From Candidatus Latescibacterota bacterium (GTDB lineage Bacteria; Latescibacterota; UBA2968): DNA of 64,000 nt. The number at the start of each line of letters is the position of its first letter. The first letter of the stretch is position 1. Shown here piece after piece: positions 48,870 to 57,278 of the stretch. Below the pieces are notes generated by a model that saw only the letters and a list, made by a program, of their open reading frames with translations, did no database searches and was not told where the DNA came from. Where the stretch lies: contig OZ220741.1 in the NCBI GenBank assembly GCA_965116885.1, forward strand, positions 1,088,001-1,152,000, in the 5' to 3' direction. The position numbers and the translations under genes are program-made.

Positions 48870-49703
48870 TCACCCCGGATGCGTAAGCCCCAGCATTTCT
48901 CGAGCATCGTTTGGCGTGGCAATCTCGCCCTGAAGTTTCTCCACAATACTCGCCGCGAGATCGACCATCTGTGCATTGCTCTTGAGCAAAACACCTCTCC
49001 GCAAATAAATATTATCTTCAAAACCCACCCGTATATGCCCCCCCATGAGAAAAGCCATGGTAATCATCGGCAACTGTGCTTTTCCCACACCCAGAGCGGA
49101 CCAGATCGCATCGGGCGGCAAGAGGCTCTTCATAAAAATCAGATTTTCAGGCGTGGCTTCAATACCCCATCCGGGCCCCATACACAACTGGATAAACGGG
49201 GGATCTTCGAACAACCCCTCCGCAATCATATACCGCGCCTGGCGGATATGACCGGCATCAAAAACTTCGATCTCCGGCTTAACGCGATGCTCGCGCATGC
49301 GCTTTGCCGCAGCAACACCCCATTCGGGTGGATTCATAAACACCCGAGTGCCAAAATTCACCGAACCGATATCCAGAGAGCAAATCTCGGGCTTCAGCGT
49401 AACCGGCTCAAGCCGCTCCTCAATAATATTCTCCCCTTTAATATTTCCCCCACTCGTCGTCAGATTAATCGCAATATCGCAAGCTTGCCGAATCCGATCC
49501 ACCACCTCCTTAAAAAGCTCAATCCGCGAACAAACAATACCCGTCTCGGGATCGCGCACATGGATATGCGTAATCGCCGCACCCGCCTTATGGCATTCAA
49601 TCGCTGCTTCTGCAATCTCCTTTGGCGTATAAGGCACAGCCGGATTCATATCCTTCGTAGGACCCGATCCCACAACCGCCACTGAAATAATTGTCTTATC
49701 CAT
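48870..49703 (-). CDS. Beta-keto acid cleavage enzyme (BKACE/Kce, DUF849)
   Basis: [45 protein letters not shown] before ATG 49703. Confidence 0.92.
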   Translation of the reverse strand: MDKTIISVAVVGSGPTKDMNPAVPYTPKEIAEAAIECHKAGAAITHIHVRDPETGIVCSRIELFKEVVDRIRQACDIAINLTTSGGNIKGENIIEERLEPVTLKPEICSLDIGSVNFGTRVFMNPPEWGVAAAKRMREHRVKPEIEVFDAGHIRQARYMIAEGLFEDPPFIQLCMGPGWGIEATPENLIFMKSLLPPDAIWSALGVGKAQLPMITMAFLMGGHIRVGFEDNIYLRRGVLLKSNAQMVDLAASIVEKLQGEIATPNDAREMLGLTHPG

Positions 49704-49719
49704 TTTCTCCTCTTGTCCT

Positions 49720-50934
49720 CTAAAATTGAAACGGCACCAACCAATCCTCTTCAATCCCCAGATCAAAACCCGGACCCGTCGGCGCAAACTCCAGATAGCT
49801 ATTGCGCGGTACGCACGCGCCGGGTTGCGCCACTTCTTCAAGCGGCACCCCTGGATCAGAACCGATAAAATACTCACACCAGGGCGTATTGGGCATTGCC
49901 CAGCTCAAATGCTGACCGTACGCATCGCGTCCCCCGCCGTGCAGACAAACCTCCAGACCTGCAGCGGCAGCCATATTACAAATTTTGACACAAGCAGTCA
50001 AACCGCCCACCCACTGAATATCGGGTTGCAAAATATCGAGACACCGATTTTCGATCATCAACTGGTAGGGATACGGCGTGTAAAAATGCTCGCCACTGGC
50101 AAGGGTCAACCACGGCAGGCGTTTCTTGAGTTCAATATGCCCCCCAACATCTTCCGGAATCAGACACTCTTCCATCCAGCGCAGATTATAAGGACGCAGG
50201 CGATTGGCCAGACGCGCGGTATATTCCACATCAAAAGCCATATAACAATCCAGCATGAGATCGCAATCATCGCCGATCAACTCGCGGACCTCGGCTATTC
50301 GCCTCTCGTTCTCCCCCAATCCCCACAAGCCATCAACCGGACCGTATTGACAGGGCAACTTAAACGCCCGAAACCCCAACTCCTTGTACCAATCCACATC
50401 ATCCCCCGTCGCGTACACAAACAAACGGTCGCGCGCCGGACCGCCCAGAAGCTCATAAACGGGCTTGCCTTGCAATTTCCCCGCCAGATCCCACAGTGCC
50501 AGATCCACAGCACTCATCGCCAACGAGGCGATCCCCACAGTTCCAAAAGATTTGGACACGCGAAACATCATATCCCACAGCTTTTCAATTGCCAGACAAC
50601 TTTCCCCTTCTAAGATATGCGCGAAAGCATCTTCCACCACCATAGCAACCGGGCGTCCCGCCGACGTGCCGAGGCCCCAGGTCCCATCTTCAGCGGTCAC
50701 CTTAACCGAAAACCTGGGCCACTGTCTGGCACCGTAAAGCTGCCGCCGCGCCTTAAACCGCGGGAACTTAGACATCGGATTTGCCACCTCTATCTGCGAG
50801 GGCCACGCCTTTCGATACCCCTTTGTCCTCGGTGCTGCACCTGTTGAAGCGGCGAGTGTCGTACCAGATCCCGTTGAGACCTGGCTCGCATCTGGCCGTT
50901 TAACGCGAACGACTTCGACGGATTTGATTTTCAT
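49720..50934 (-). CDS. Enolase-superfamily acid-sugar dehydratase (L-rhamnonate dehydratase-like)
   Basis: [37 protein letters not shown]. Confidence 0.85.
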   Translation of the reverse strand: MKIKSVEVVRVKRPDASQVSTGSGTTLAASTGAAPRTKGYRKAWPSQIEVANPMSKFPRFKARRQLYGARQWPRFSVKVTAEDGTWGLGTSAGRPVAMVVEDAFAHILEGESCLAIEKLWDMMFRVSKSFGTVGIASLAMSAVDLALWDLAGKLQGKPVYELLGGPARDRLFVYATGDDVDWYKELGFRAFKLPCQYGPVDGLWGLGENERRIAEVRELIGDDCDLMLDCYMAFDVEYTARLANRLRPYNLRWMEECLIPEDVGGHIELKKRLPWLTLASGEHFYTPYPYQLMIENRCLDILQPDIQWVGGLTACVKICNMAAAAGLEVCLHGGGRDAYGQHLSWAMPNTPWCEYFIGSDPGVPLEEVAQPGACVPRNSYLEFAPTGPGFDLGIEEDWLVPFQF

Positions 50935-51112
50935 GTATTGTCCTTTTTCTCGTATTGGAATGATCCTCAGGAACAAACAATGTATCAACAACGCGAGATT
51001 GTCAACCGCAATTCGGTTGTTGAGGATATTTATTTCAGGGATGTGCAAGTCAAAAAAAAGCGTACGTGTCAATATTTAACACGCACGCTTTTGTCAACCG
51101 CATTTCAAAACA

Positions 51113-51703
51113 TCAAGGTAGATCAAGATTCACCGCCTTGTCCCAGGTGATATGAACCAGATCCTCGGGATCGCCTTTAATCACATGCTTCCTATTTCGC
51201 AAGTTCCGAAGTTTGAACATTTCTCTCATATCGATGCTGCACTTTTTTAAGAGTGCAATAAGATCTTTGGATGATTTGAGCTTATAACAAGATTTATCGG
51301 GCGAAAAATAGACCAGAATATTTTTCTGCAACTGCAATAAGTTGAGAACATTGTTCAGGGTTCCCTTACTCTTTCCATCCCAGATCATGAAGCCATAGGA
51401 CGCTACTCGAGCCATCTTTGCATCCTTCGTTGTGTAGTATGCAAAGTCCTTTATATCATTATCTGCATATATCTGTTCTACTGGCCAACTTCCCACGTTG
51501 TTCCGACAGTGATCATCCATGCAATAAACGATAACATTCCGATATGCTTTTTCTGCTAAATAGCTCTGTACCGCCTTGTCAGCACCATTTGCATCGCCGA
51601 TGACAATAGCAAAACGCTGACGCATGATGTTATCCGCTGTGTACCTGATGGTATCGTTCAAACGTGTGATACTACGAGAACCGCCAATGAAAACCGTCTT
51701 CAT
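51113..51703 (-). CDS. SLOG-like (DprA/YspA-related) protein with an antitoxin-like C-terminal tail
   Basis: VFIGGSR, IGDANGADKAVQ, MIWDGKSKGT; tail IKGDPEDLVHITWDKAVNLDLP. Confidence 0.6.
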   Translation of the reverse strand: MKTVFIGGSRSITRLNDTIRYTADNIMRQRFAIVIGDANGADKAVQSYLAEKAYRNVIVYCMDDHCRNNVGSWPVEQIYADNDIKDFAYYTTKDAKMARVASYGFMIWDGKSKGTLNNVLNLLQLQKNILVYFSPDKSCYKLKSSKDLIALLKKCSIDMREMFKLRNLRNRKHVIKGDPEDLVHITWDKAVNLDLP

Positions 51704-51850
51704 GATATTGCCTTTGTACGGGTGGGAGCCAGCACGTACACATCAGAGCATTGTGCCTGATCATAACGTTGCGAACCCTTGTGAAAAGATTGGGAATCTT
51801 GTCGAAAGCGTTGGTGATAATTCCACCTCTTTTATCTTTGTTCTGCCTTC

Positions 51851-51900
51851 GGCGACCTACTTTTTGTCAGCAGCCACAAAAAGTAGGCAAAAAAGGCCGC
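51851..51900. repeat. Palindromic MITE-like element
   Basis: CCTACTTTTTGT..ACAAAAAGTAGG-CAAAAAAGG inverted repeat in non-coding DNA. Confidence 0.5.
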
Positions 51901-52177
51901 TCTCAAACGCCGAGGGGCTGGCACAGCACAAATCGTTTCTGTGGCAATACGCTATACAATGGCCTACACAGTTGGGATACCACAAGAACATCCGCTGCGA
52001 GACGGACTCACGCGCTGTGCGTAATGGCTTTAATTGATGGCGCTTTATGAGAGTACGTTTTGTAATGCCTTATCTGAAGTACTGCGTAACATCTATTACA
52101 CTAAAAAACAAAAAGTGTCGCAACGAGGCGAGATTATCAACCGCATTTCAAATTATTCGCCCAATCTGCGCTTAAAA

Positions 52178-52897
52178 TTACACTGCTATACCAACTTGTA
52201 GCGCGGCATCATAGCCTCCCGTCGCGACATTGGCAATCACATTTGTCAGTTGGTATTGGAATGCATTGGCTGGGGAACGAAAAAGGCCATCGTCGGTATT
52301 TTTCGTGGGATTCTGTCCCCGAGGAGAATATTCCGTTGTATTGAACACAGCCGTATTGATTTCTTCGGGAAAAGCCAATTGCGAGGTTGCCACCAATCCA
52401 TTATTTAAAAAAATTTGAAAATGAATATGCGTTGCTCTACCCGGATACCATCCCGGATAAACTGTTGTAAATGTGGCATCTCCATTCTCGTCACTCAACT
52501 GAATACCCCGGCAAAAAGTCTGTCCACTCGCATTGACACCACCAGGTTGATTGGAAAATCCGGAATAAACCCCACGCGTATCGCAATGCCATACATCGAC
52601 GCGGGCATTGACAATTGGCGTACACCCAGCATTTGCATTCACCACCTTCAAAGTCAAATTAAGCGGCACGCCCGATATGTCTTCCGCAATATCCCGTCGA
52701 AAATATTCGGGATTATTGCTCAAATTTAATGGAAAAGGCCCTTCTGTTTCTTGCGGTATTAAAATGCAACTTCCCTCACTCAGGAGAGGATCGTCACCCT
52801 GGGTGACCAGATCCTTGTTGCAAGCCTTCATAATCAGGCCTCCAACGCCCATCAGACCAACACCCCCCACGCGCTTCAAAACATCCCGTCGATTCAT
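52178..52897 (-). CDS. Intradiol ring-cleavage dioxygenase-like protein, Tat-exported lipoprotein
   Basis: NRRDVLK twin-Arg, KAC lipobox-like, TEGPF, VDVWHCD..G.YS, YPGWYPGRATHIH. Confidence 0.85.
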   Translation of the reverse strand: MNRRDVLKRVGGVGLMGVGGLIMKACNKDLVTQGDDPLLSEGSCILIPQETEGPFPLNLSNNPEYFRRDIAEDISGVPLNLTLKVVNANAGCTPIVNARVDVWHCDTRGVYSGFSNQPGGVNASGQTFCRGIQLSDENGDATFTTVYPGWYPGRATHIHFQIFLNNGLVATSQLAFPEEINTAVFNTTEYSPRGQNPTKNTDDGLFRSPANAFQYQLTNVIANVATGGYDAALQVGIAV

Positions 52898-53228
52898 TCT
52901 TCTTCTCCAAAACAAACGCGATTACACAGCTCTAAAATTCGATGCTCAAATCAAGAGACACATTGTCGCCTGTCGCAGTGATACAATTCATCATTTGAGA
53001 CACGCGACAAGCCCACTTCGTTCCCCTGAAAATTGTAATAAATTGTTACAGTGCCACTTCCTCCTCTTTCATTTAGCGAGCGAATGGGTTTTCTGTAGAG
53101 GGATCAACCTGCAAAAAAATACCGCCCCCCGATATTGGGAGAGCGGTATAGAATGGATCGGTACGATGAACCGACGCTTGTGTTCTTCGCATTTCAAAAC
53201 ATCTCTTCTACGACCAAAGACATCACGC

Positions 53229-53471
53229 CTAATCCTTTGGATCAAATTTATGCCACATCTCTTTTCGGACTTCGGCTATATCTCGAGCGGTTATTGGCTC
53301 CATCTGATCCCACAAGCCTTCGGGATTAAAGAGCTTGCCTTGATCAAATTCTGACGAATCTGGTACTTTTGACATAGAGGCCGAACCATCTTTCTGCATG
53401 ATAATCACTTTCTCCCCATTGGCCTCTTCTTTGACCAATGCTGCAAGACAGTTTTCCGCTTCTGTCTCGAT
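53229..53471 (-). pseudogene. Degenerate/chimeric Phd-YefM-like antitoxin
   Basis: Open frame IETEAENCLAALVKEEANGEKVIIMQKDGSA (Phd-like) lacks a proper start; ends GLW..IT..DIAEVRKEMW. Confidence 0.45.
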
Positions 53472-53479
53472 ATACCTCT

Positions 53480-53668
53480 CTACTGGTCTGAAGTTGTGAC
53501 AGTTGTTGCAACAGCCGCACGGGATGGATACTGCACGTATTTACGACCAGATGATTTTTGTTTTTTCTTAATATCGCGGAATATCTCTTTGAGATCGTAG
53601 CCAAACTGAGCAGCGTGTTTGTCGCGTACTGCCCGGACTTCCGAAACAACAGGATCATTCATCGTCAT
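53480..53668 (-). CDS. Small protein of the DPIVEEVR type usually found next to PIN toxins
   Basis: NDPVVSEVRAVRDKHAAQFGYDLKEIFRDIK. Confidence 0.6.
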   Translation of the reverse strand: MTMNDPVVSEVRAVRDKHAAQFGYDLKEIFRDIKKKQKSSGRKYVQYPSRAAVATTVTTSDQ

Positions 53669-53727
53669 GATCGCGCCCTATGAGGTTGATCAATTTGGTA
53701 GAATAGAACAGTGGGAATGCATCGACA

Positions 53728-53988
53728 CTACAGATTCCTGGCACTGGAAATATCCTTTGCCAATTCTTCTGAGGTCAGATTGATAGGAGATACCTGGTAG
53801 GATTTTAAGGCATCTAAAAACACAACACGCTCCATGCCCGCAAACCGAGCCGCCTGCCCCGATGACAAACGTCCGAGTTCAAACAGTTTGACAGCGATAA
53901 GCATACGGCCTTGTTCAGCGAATTGTTCAGGCGTTTCACTAAGGGTCTGCAGAATATCATCTGGACATTCAAATGTAATTTTTAACAT
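53728..53988 (-). CDS. UPF0175 family protein (putative antitoxin)
   Basis: AVKLFELGRLSSGQAARFAGMERVVFL..L. Confidence 0.85.
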   Translation of the reverse strand: MLKITFECPDDILQTLSETPEQFAEQGRMLIAVKLFELGRLSSGQAARFAGMERVVFLDALKSYQVSPINLTSEELAKDISSARNL

Positions 53989-54121
53989 GTGCGCCCCGTT
54001 TCATCCATATTTGAATTATACCCAAAAACAAAAAGTGTAGTAACGACACGATTTTGTCAACCGCATTGGACTTGACCCGTTTTGGTGGGTACCTTATCAG
54101 TAGTCAGAAAGGAGACCCACT

Positions 54122-54433
54122 ATGCCACCAACACGTCCACCTTATCCAGCCGAGTTGAAACGCCAGATCATCGAGCTTGTGCGTGCTGGCCGCAGTCCTA
54201 CAGAATTGGCCAGAGAGTTTGAGCCGACCGCTCAGACCATCCAAAATTGGATACGCCAAGCTGATCGAGATGAGGGACTTCGAGAAGACGGTCTGACCAG
54301 TTCTGAGCGAGAAGAGTTGCGTGTTCTTCGACGTGAGAACAAGCAGTTGCGCATTGAGCGTGAGATATTGTCAAAAGCAGCGGCCTGGTTCGCAAGGGAG
54401 ACCGACGCGATCCCAAGAAAATCTTCGCGTTAA
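54122..54433 (+). CDS. IS3 transposase OrfA
   Basis: YPAELK HTH, LRRENKQLRIEREILSKAAAWFA. Confidence 0.92.
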   Translation: MPPTRPPYPAELKRQIIELVRAGRSPTELAREFEPTAQTIQNWIRQADRDEGLREDGLTSSEREELRVLRRENKQLRIEREILSKAAAWFARETDAIPRKSSR

Positions 54434-55281
54434 TAAAAGCGCATCAGGCACTTTGGCCAATCGCCACGCAATGCCGAGTCCTGGGTGTCTCCCTCAGCGG
54501 GTATTATGCCTGGCGAACACGTCCACCCTCTAAACGAGCAAAAGTTGATGCAGACCTCAAGAAGAAGATTAAAGCCTTTCACACCCGATCAGATGGCACC
54601 TATGGTGCGCCCCGTATCTGGAAAGACCTGATGGATGTGGACATCCTTGTAAGTAAGAAGCGCGTGGCACGTCTGATGCGTGAGATGACCATTTGTGGCA
54701 TTAGCCGCCGAAAGAGCACGCAAACGACTGTTAAGGCGCGTCAGGATAGAAAGGCTCCCGATCTGGTAAAACGCGACTTCACGGTTGCAACGGTCAATAA
54801 ACTCTGGGTGGCTGACATCACCTATGTACCCACCTATTCTGGATTTTTGTATCTATCTGTTGTCTTGGATGCCTTCTCTCGCCGCGTCGTGGGTTGGGCA
54901 ATGGCAACACACCTGCAAAGCGAGTTAGTCTTGTCAGCTTTAAATATGGCCCTTTACCAGCGCCGTCCCGAAGACGTGATTCATCACTCTGACCAGGGAG
55001 CACAATATACCTCCATAGCATTTGGAAAGCGTTGTCGTGAGGCTGGCGTACGTCCCTCAATGGGGGCTGCTGGCGACTGCTATGACAACGCGCTGTGCGA
55101 GAGCTTCTTCGCCACCCTGGAGTGTGAGTTGGTCAATCGCCGATCCTTCCGTACGCATAAAGAGGCTCGGTTAGCTATCTTCTCCTACATTGAAGGGTGG
55201 TATAACCCGCATCGCAGGCATTCTTCCATCGCCTACCATGCACCGATAGCTTATGAAAAACTGCATCAATCACAGGCTTGA
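54421..55281 (+). CDS. IS3 transposase OrfB (DDE), probably expressed by -1 frameshift
   Basis: Frame open from about 54421 (CRVLGVS.SGYYAW, YGAPRI); WVADITY, HHSDQG, DNALCESFF. Confidence 0.9.
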   Translation: MFALIKAHQALWPIATQCRVLGVSLSGYYAWRTRPPSKRAKVDADLKKKIKAFHTRSDGTYGAPRIWKDLMDVDILVSKKRVARLMREMTICGISRRKSTQTTVKARQDRKAPDLVKRDFTVATVNKLWVADITYVPTYSGFLYLSVVLDAFSRRVVGWAMATHLQSELVLSALNMALYQRRPEDVIHHSDQGAQYTSIAFGKRCREAGVRPSMGAAGDCYDNALCESFFATLECELVNRRSFRTHKEARLAIFSYIEGWYNPHRRHSSIAYHAPIAYEKLHQSQA

Positions 55282-55322
55282 AACCCAAGCCCTAAACTCT
55301 CCACCAAAACGGGGTAACTCCA

Positions 55323-55424
55323 GCCAGACAACTCGGCGAGCCAGAAAGTTTTTGGGTTCAGCTTGCACTACAGGACATGCTTCGAAAAGAAAATTTGAAC
55401 CTCGTTGTTTCCGTCGAAAAATAA
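55323..55424 (+). pseudogene. C-terminal remnant of a HigA/XRE-like protein truncated by IS3
   Basis: ARQLGEPESFWVQLALQDMLRKENLNLVVSVEK* begins exactly at the IS right end. Confidence 0.5.
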
Positions 55425-55443
55425 AAGGGGCAATCTCAAAATA

Positions 55444-55620
55444 TTCAGTATTGCCGAGAACAAGTGACTACTCCCAACGATAGAGCAGTTGGGCTTCTTG
55501 GTGGTCAAGCCACCTGACGTTGTAGCCCCAACGTCAATATGTTTATCGCAGCATTGTGGTCTCTGTCCGTCTTATAGCCACACGCCTTGCAATGATGCAC
55601 ACGATCTGAGAGTGTCTTTT
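55444..55620 (-). ncRNA. Predicted TnpB omega/reRNA: scaffold over the tnpB 3' end and RE, guide from flanking DNA (5' boundary uncertain)
   Basis: Established TnpB biology; RE ends in TCAC at 55464; next 20 nt are TTGTTCTCGGCAATACTGAA. Confidence 0.5.
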
Positions 55621-56840
55621 TCTCTCTATGTCCGCATGCAGAGCAATCTTGTGACGTATAGTCAGGATCAACGGCCTTGAATCCAATACCAGCTTCTTCC
55701 GCTTTGTATTCGAGACAGTGCCGAAACAGGGACCACGCTACGTCTGCTATTGATTTAGCCAACCGTCTGTTTTTTTGCATCTCTTTCACGTCCAATTTCT
55801 CTACGGCTATGAAACCGTGACGATTGACCATTTTTCTTGATTCTTGATGAGCAAAGTTATGTCGTTTATTACGGATACGCTCATGCACTTTGGCAATGAC
55901 CTTACGACGCTTTTCTCTTACAGCGTCCGTCTTAGGTCTTTTTTTCACTGCGTCCCATTTGCGCTGTGCTCTGGCAAGTGATTTTTCCTCTTTGCGAAAG
56001 AATCGCTGATTCTCTATTTTTTCGCCGTCACTGGTCACAGCAAAGGAATTGAGACCCACGTCAATGCCAATAGCAGAGCCAGCGTCTTTTTTTTCAGGTG
56101 TATCGCCAATATCGCAAGAGATAGACACAAACCATTTGCCTGTTGCTGTGCGTGTGATTGTGCAAGATTTAGGGATACCCTCAAGTGGCCTGTGCTGGAC
56201 AATGCGAATGCAACCAATACTGCCCAATCGCAAGCCCTTGTCGTCTAATCGACATCCATTGGCAAACTGAGGATAGGTGATAGAATCATAGCGATTCTCA
56301 TTCTTGTATCTGGGAAATCCTGCTTTCTCGCCTGTCTTTGACTTCCCTTTGAGACGGCGAAAGAATCCTTTGAATGCAAGATCAACCCGTACCGCGACCT
56401 GTTGCAACACCTGACTATACACTGGCTTGAAAGCAACGTGCTGCTGTTTCAGCATTGGCAATGTCGCCTGTTGCTCATAGCACGACAGACTTTCTTTATT
56501 CTTTTTCCATGCTTGTATTCTCGCACAGAGTAGTTGATTATAGAGAATACGACATTCGTCAATATGCGTCAGCAAGATTTGTTCTTGCTTTTTGGTTGGA
56601 CGCAATCTATATTTGAACGACTTAAACATAATAAAAATATATATTTATGTGCCGTTTATGTCAAGTGGAATATGGAATAAATCTTGTTGATGAAGTGCTC
56701 GCGCACTTGTACGCCCACATTGCCTTGTGCAATGTGCCACCGTGCTAAAGCACCACACCATAAGCATGTCCCTGCGAAAGCAGGGATTCGTAAGCCCTTA
56801 TATCTCAACGCTAACGCTGTTGGGCCTTACGGGCTATTAG
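55464..56840 (-). mobile_element. IS200/IS605-family TnpB-only (IS1341-type) element
   Basis: LE follows TTAC (56844-56841) with hairpin GCCCGTAAGGCCC..GATATAAGGGC; RE GAAGCCCAAC..GTTGGGAGTAGTCAC; no tnpA. Confidence 0.8.
55505..56629 (-). CDS. tnpB: RNA-guided endonuclease TnpB
   Basis: FKYRLRPT HTH, GFPRYK, GIDVG (D), AVEKL (E), CSACG..CKACG, DRDHNAAINI (D). Confidence 0.95.
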   Translation of the reverse strand: MFKSFKYRLRPTKKQEQILLTHIDECRILYNQLLCARIQAWKKNKESLSCYEQQATLPMLKQQHVAFKPVYSQVLQQVAVRVDLAFKGFFRRLKGKSKTGEKAGFPRYKNENRYDSITYPQFANGCRLDDKGLRLGSIGCIRIVQHRPLEGIPKSCTITRTATGKWFVSISCDIGDTPEKKDAGSAIGIDVGLNSFAVTSDGEKIENQRFFRKEEKSLARAQRKWDAVKKRPKTDAVREKRRKVIAKVHERIRNKRHNFAHQESRKMVNRHGFIAVEKLDVKEMQKNRRLAKSIADVAWSLFRHCLEYKAEEAGIGFKAVDPDYTSQDCSACGHREKKTLSDRVHHCKACGYKTDRDHNAAINILTLGLQRQVA

Positions 56841-56881
56841 GTAAGAAAAATTAAACGCCAAACCTGAGAAAGGAGCCTCAA

Positions 56882-57238
56882 ATGGCCGAGCATGTTTCGG
56901 TTGAGGAAATGGTCAAAGCATTATCCAGTGAATCTTTTGCAGCAGAGTTTGCTGAGCAGAATGCAAAAACTCAGCTATCTCAATCTTTGTCCGCTGCAAG
57001 AGTTGCATCCGGAATGACTGAGCGCGAGATTGCCGACCGTCTCGGATGGACCGAAGATGATGTGGTGAGATTTGAGTACCAGGAAACAGATAAAATCAGT
57101 CTTGGAGATTTGGCTTGTTATTTAGGTGCTCTTGGGATTAAAGTGCATTTGTCCTTCCTCCCCTCTGAGCAAAAGGCTCCTGTTTTGCCCCCCGTAAAAG
57201 CCTTTCCCGAGCACGATATCGCAGTCCAAACATCCTGA
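56882..57238 (+). CDS. XRE-family HTH protein (antitoxin/regulator-like)
   Basis: LSAARVASGMTEREIADRLG..VVRFE; AAGGAG RBS. Confidence 0.8.
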   Translation: MAEHVSVEEMVKALSSESFAAEFAEQNAKTQLSQSLSAARVASGMTEREIADRLGWTEDDVVRFEYQETDKISLGDLACYLGALGIKVHLSFLPSEQKAPVLPPVKAFPEHDIAVQTS

Positions 57239-57278
57239 ACAACCCATTGAACCTCGTCGTCTCCATCGCTTAACACCC

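Larger units (their letters stand above)
50972..54066 (-). repeat. Five dispersed direct copies of a ~30-50 bp promoter-like repeat delimiting small gene cassettes
   Basis: Core (T/A)TT(G/A)TCAACCGCA(T/A)TTC at ~50972-51014, 51084-51114, 52095-52152, 53174-53203 (degenerate), 54015-54066. Confidence 0.8.
54067..55322 (+). mobile_element. IS3-family insertion sequence (1256 bp)
   Basis: TG..CA ends; IRs TGGACTTGACCCGTTTTGGTGG / TGGAGTTACCCCGTTTTGGTGG (19/22); orfA plus orfB in -1 frame. Confidence 0.93.

Noticed and set aside
50972..54066. CRISPR array or canonical integron attC sites
   Set aside because: Spacing is irregular (70 bp to 1 kb) and contains genes; no RYYYAAC/GTTRRRY-bounded hairpin; no cas or intI gene in the window
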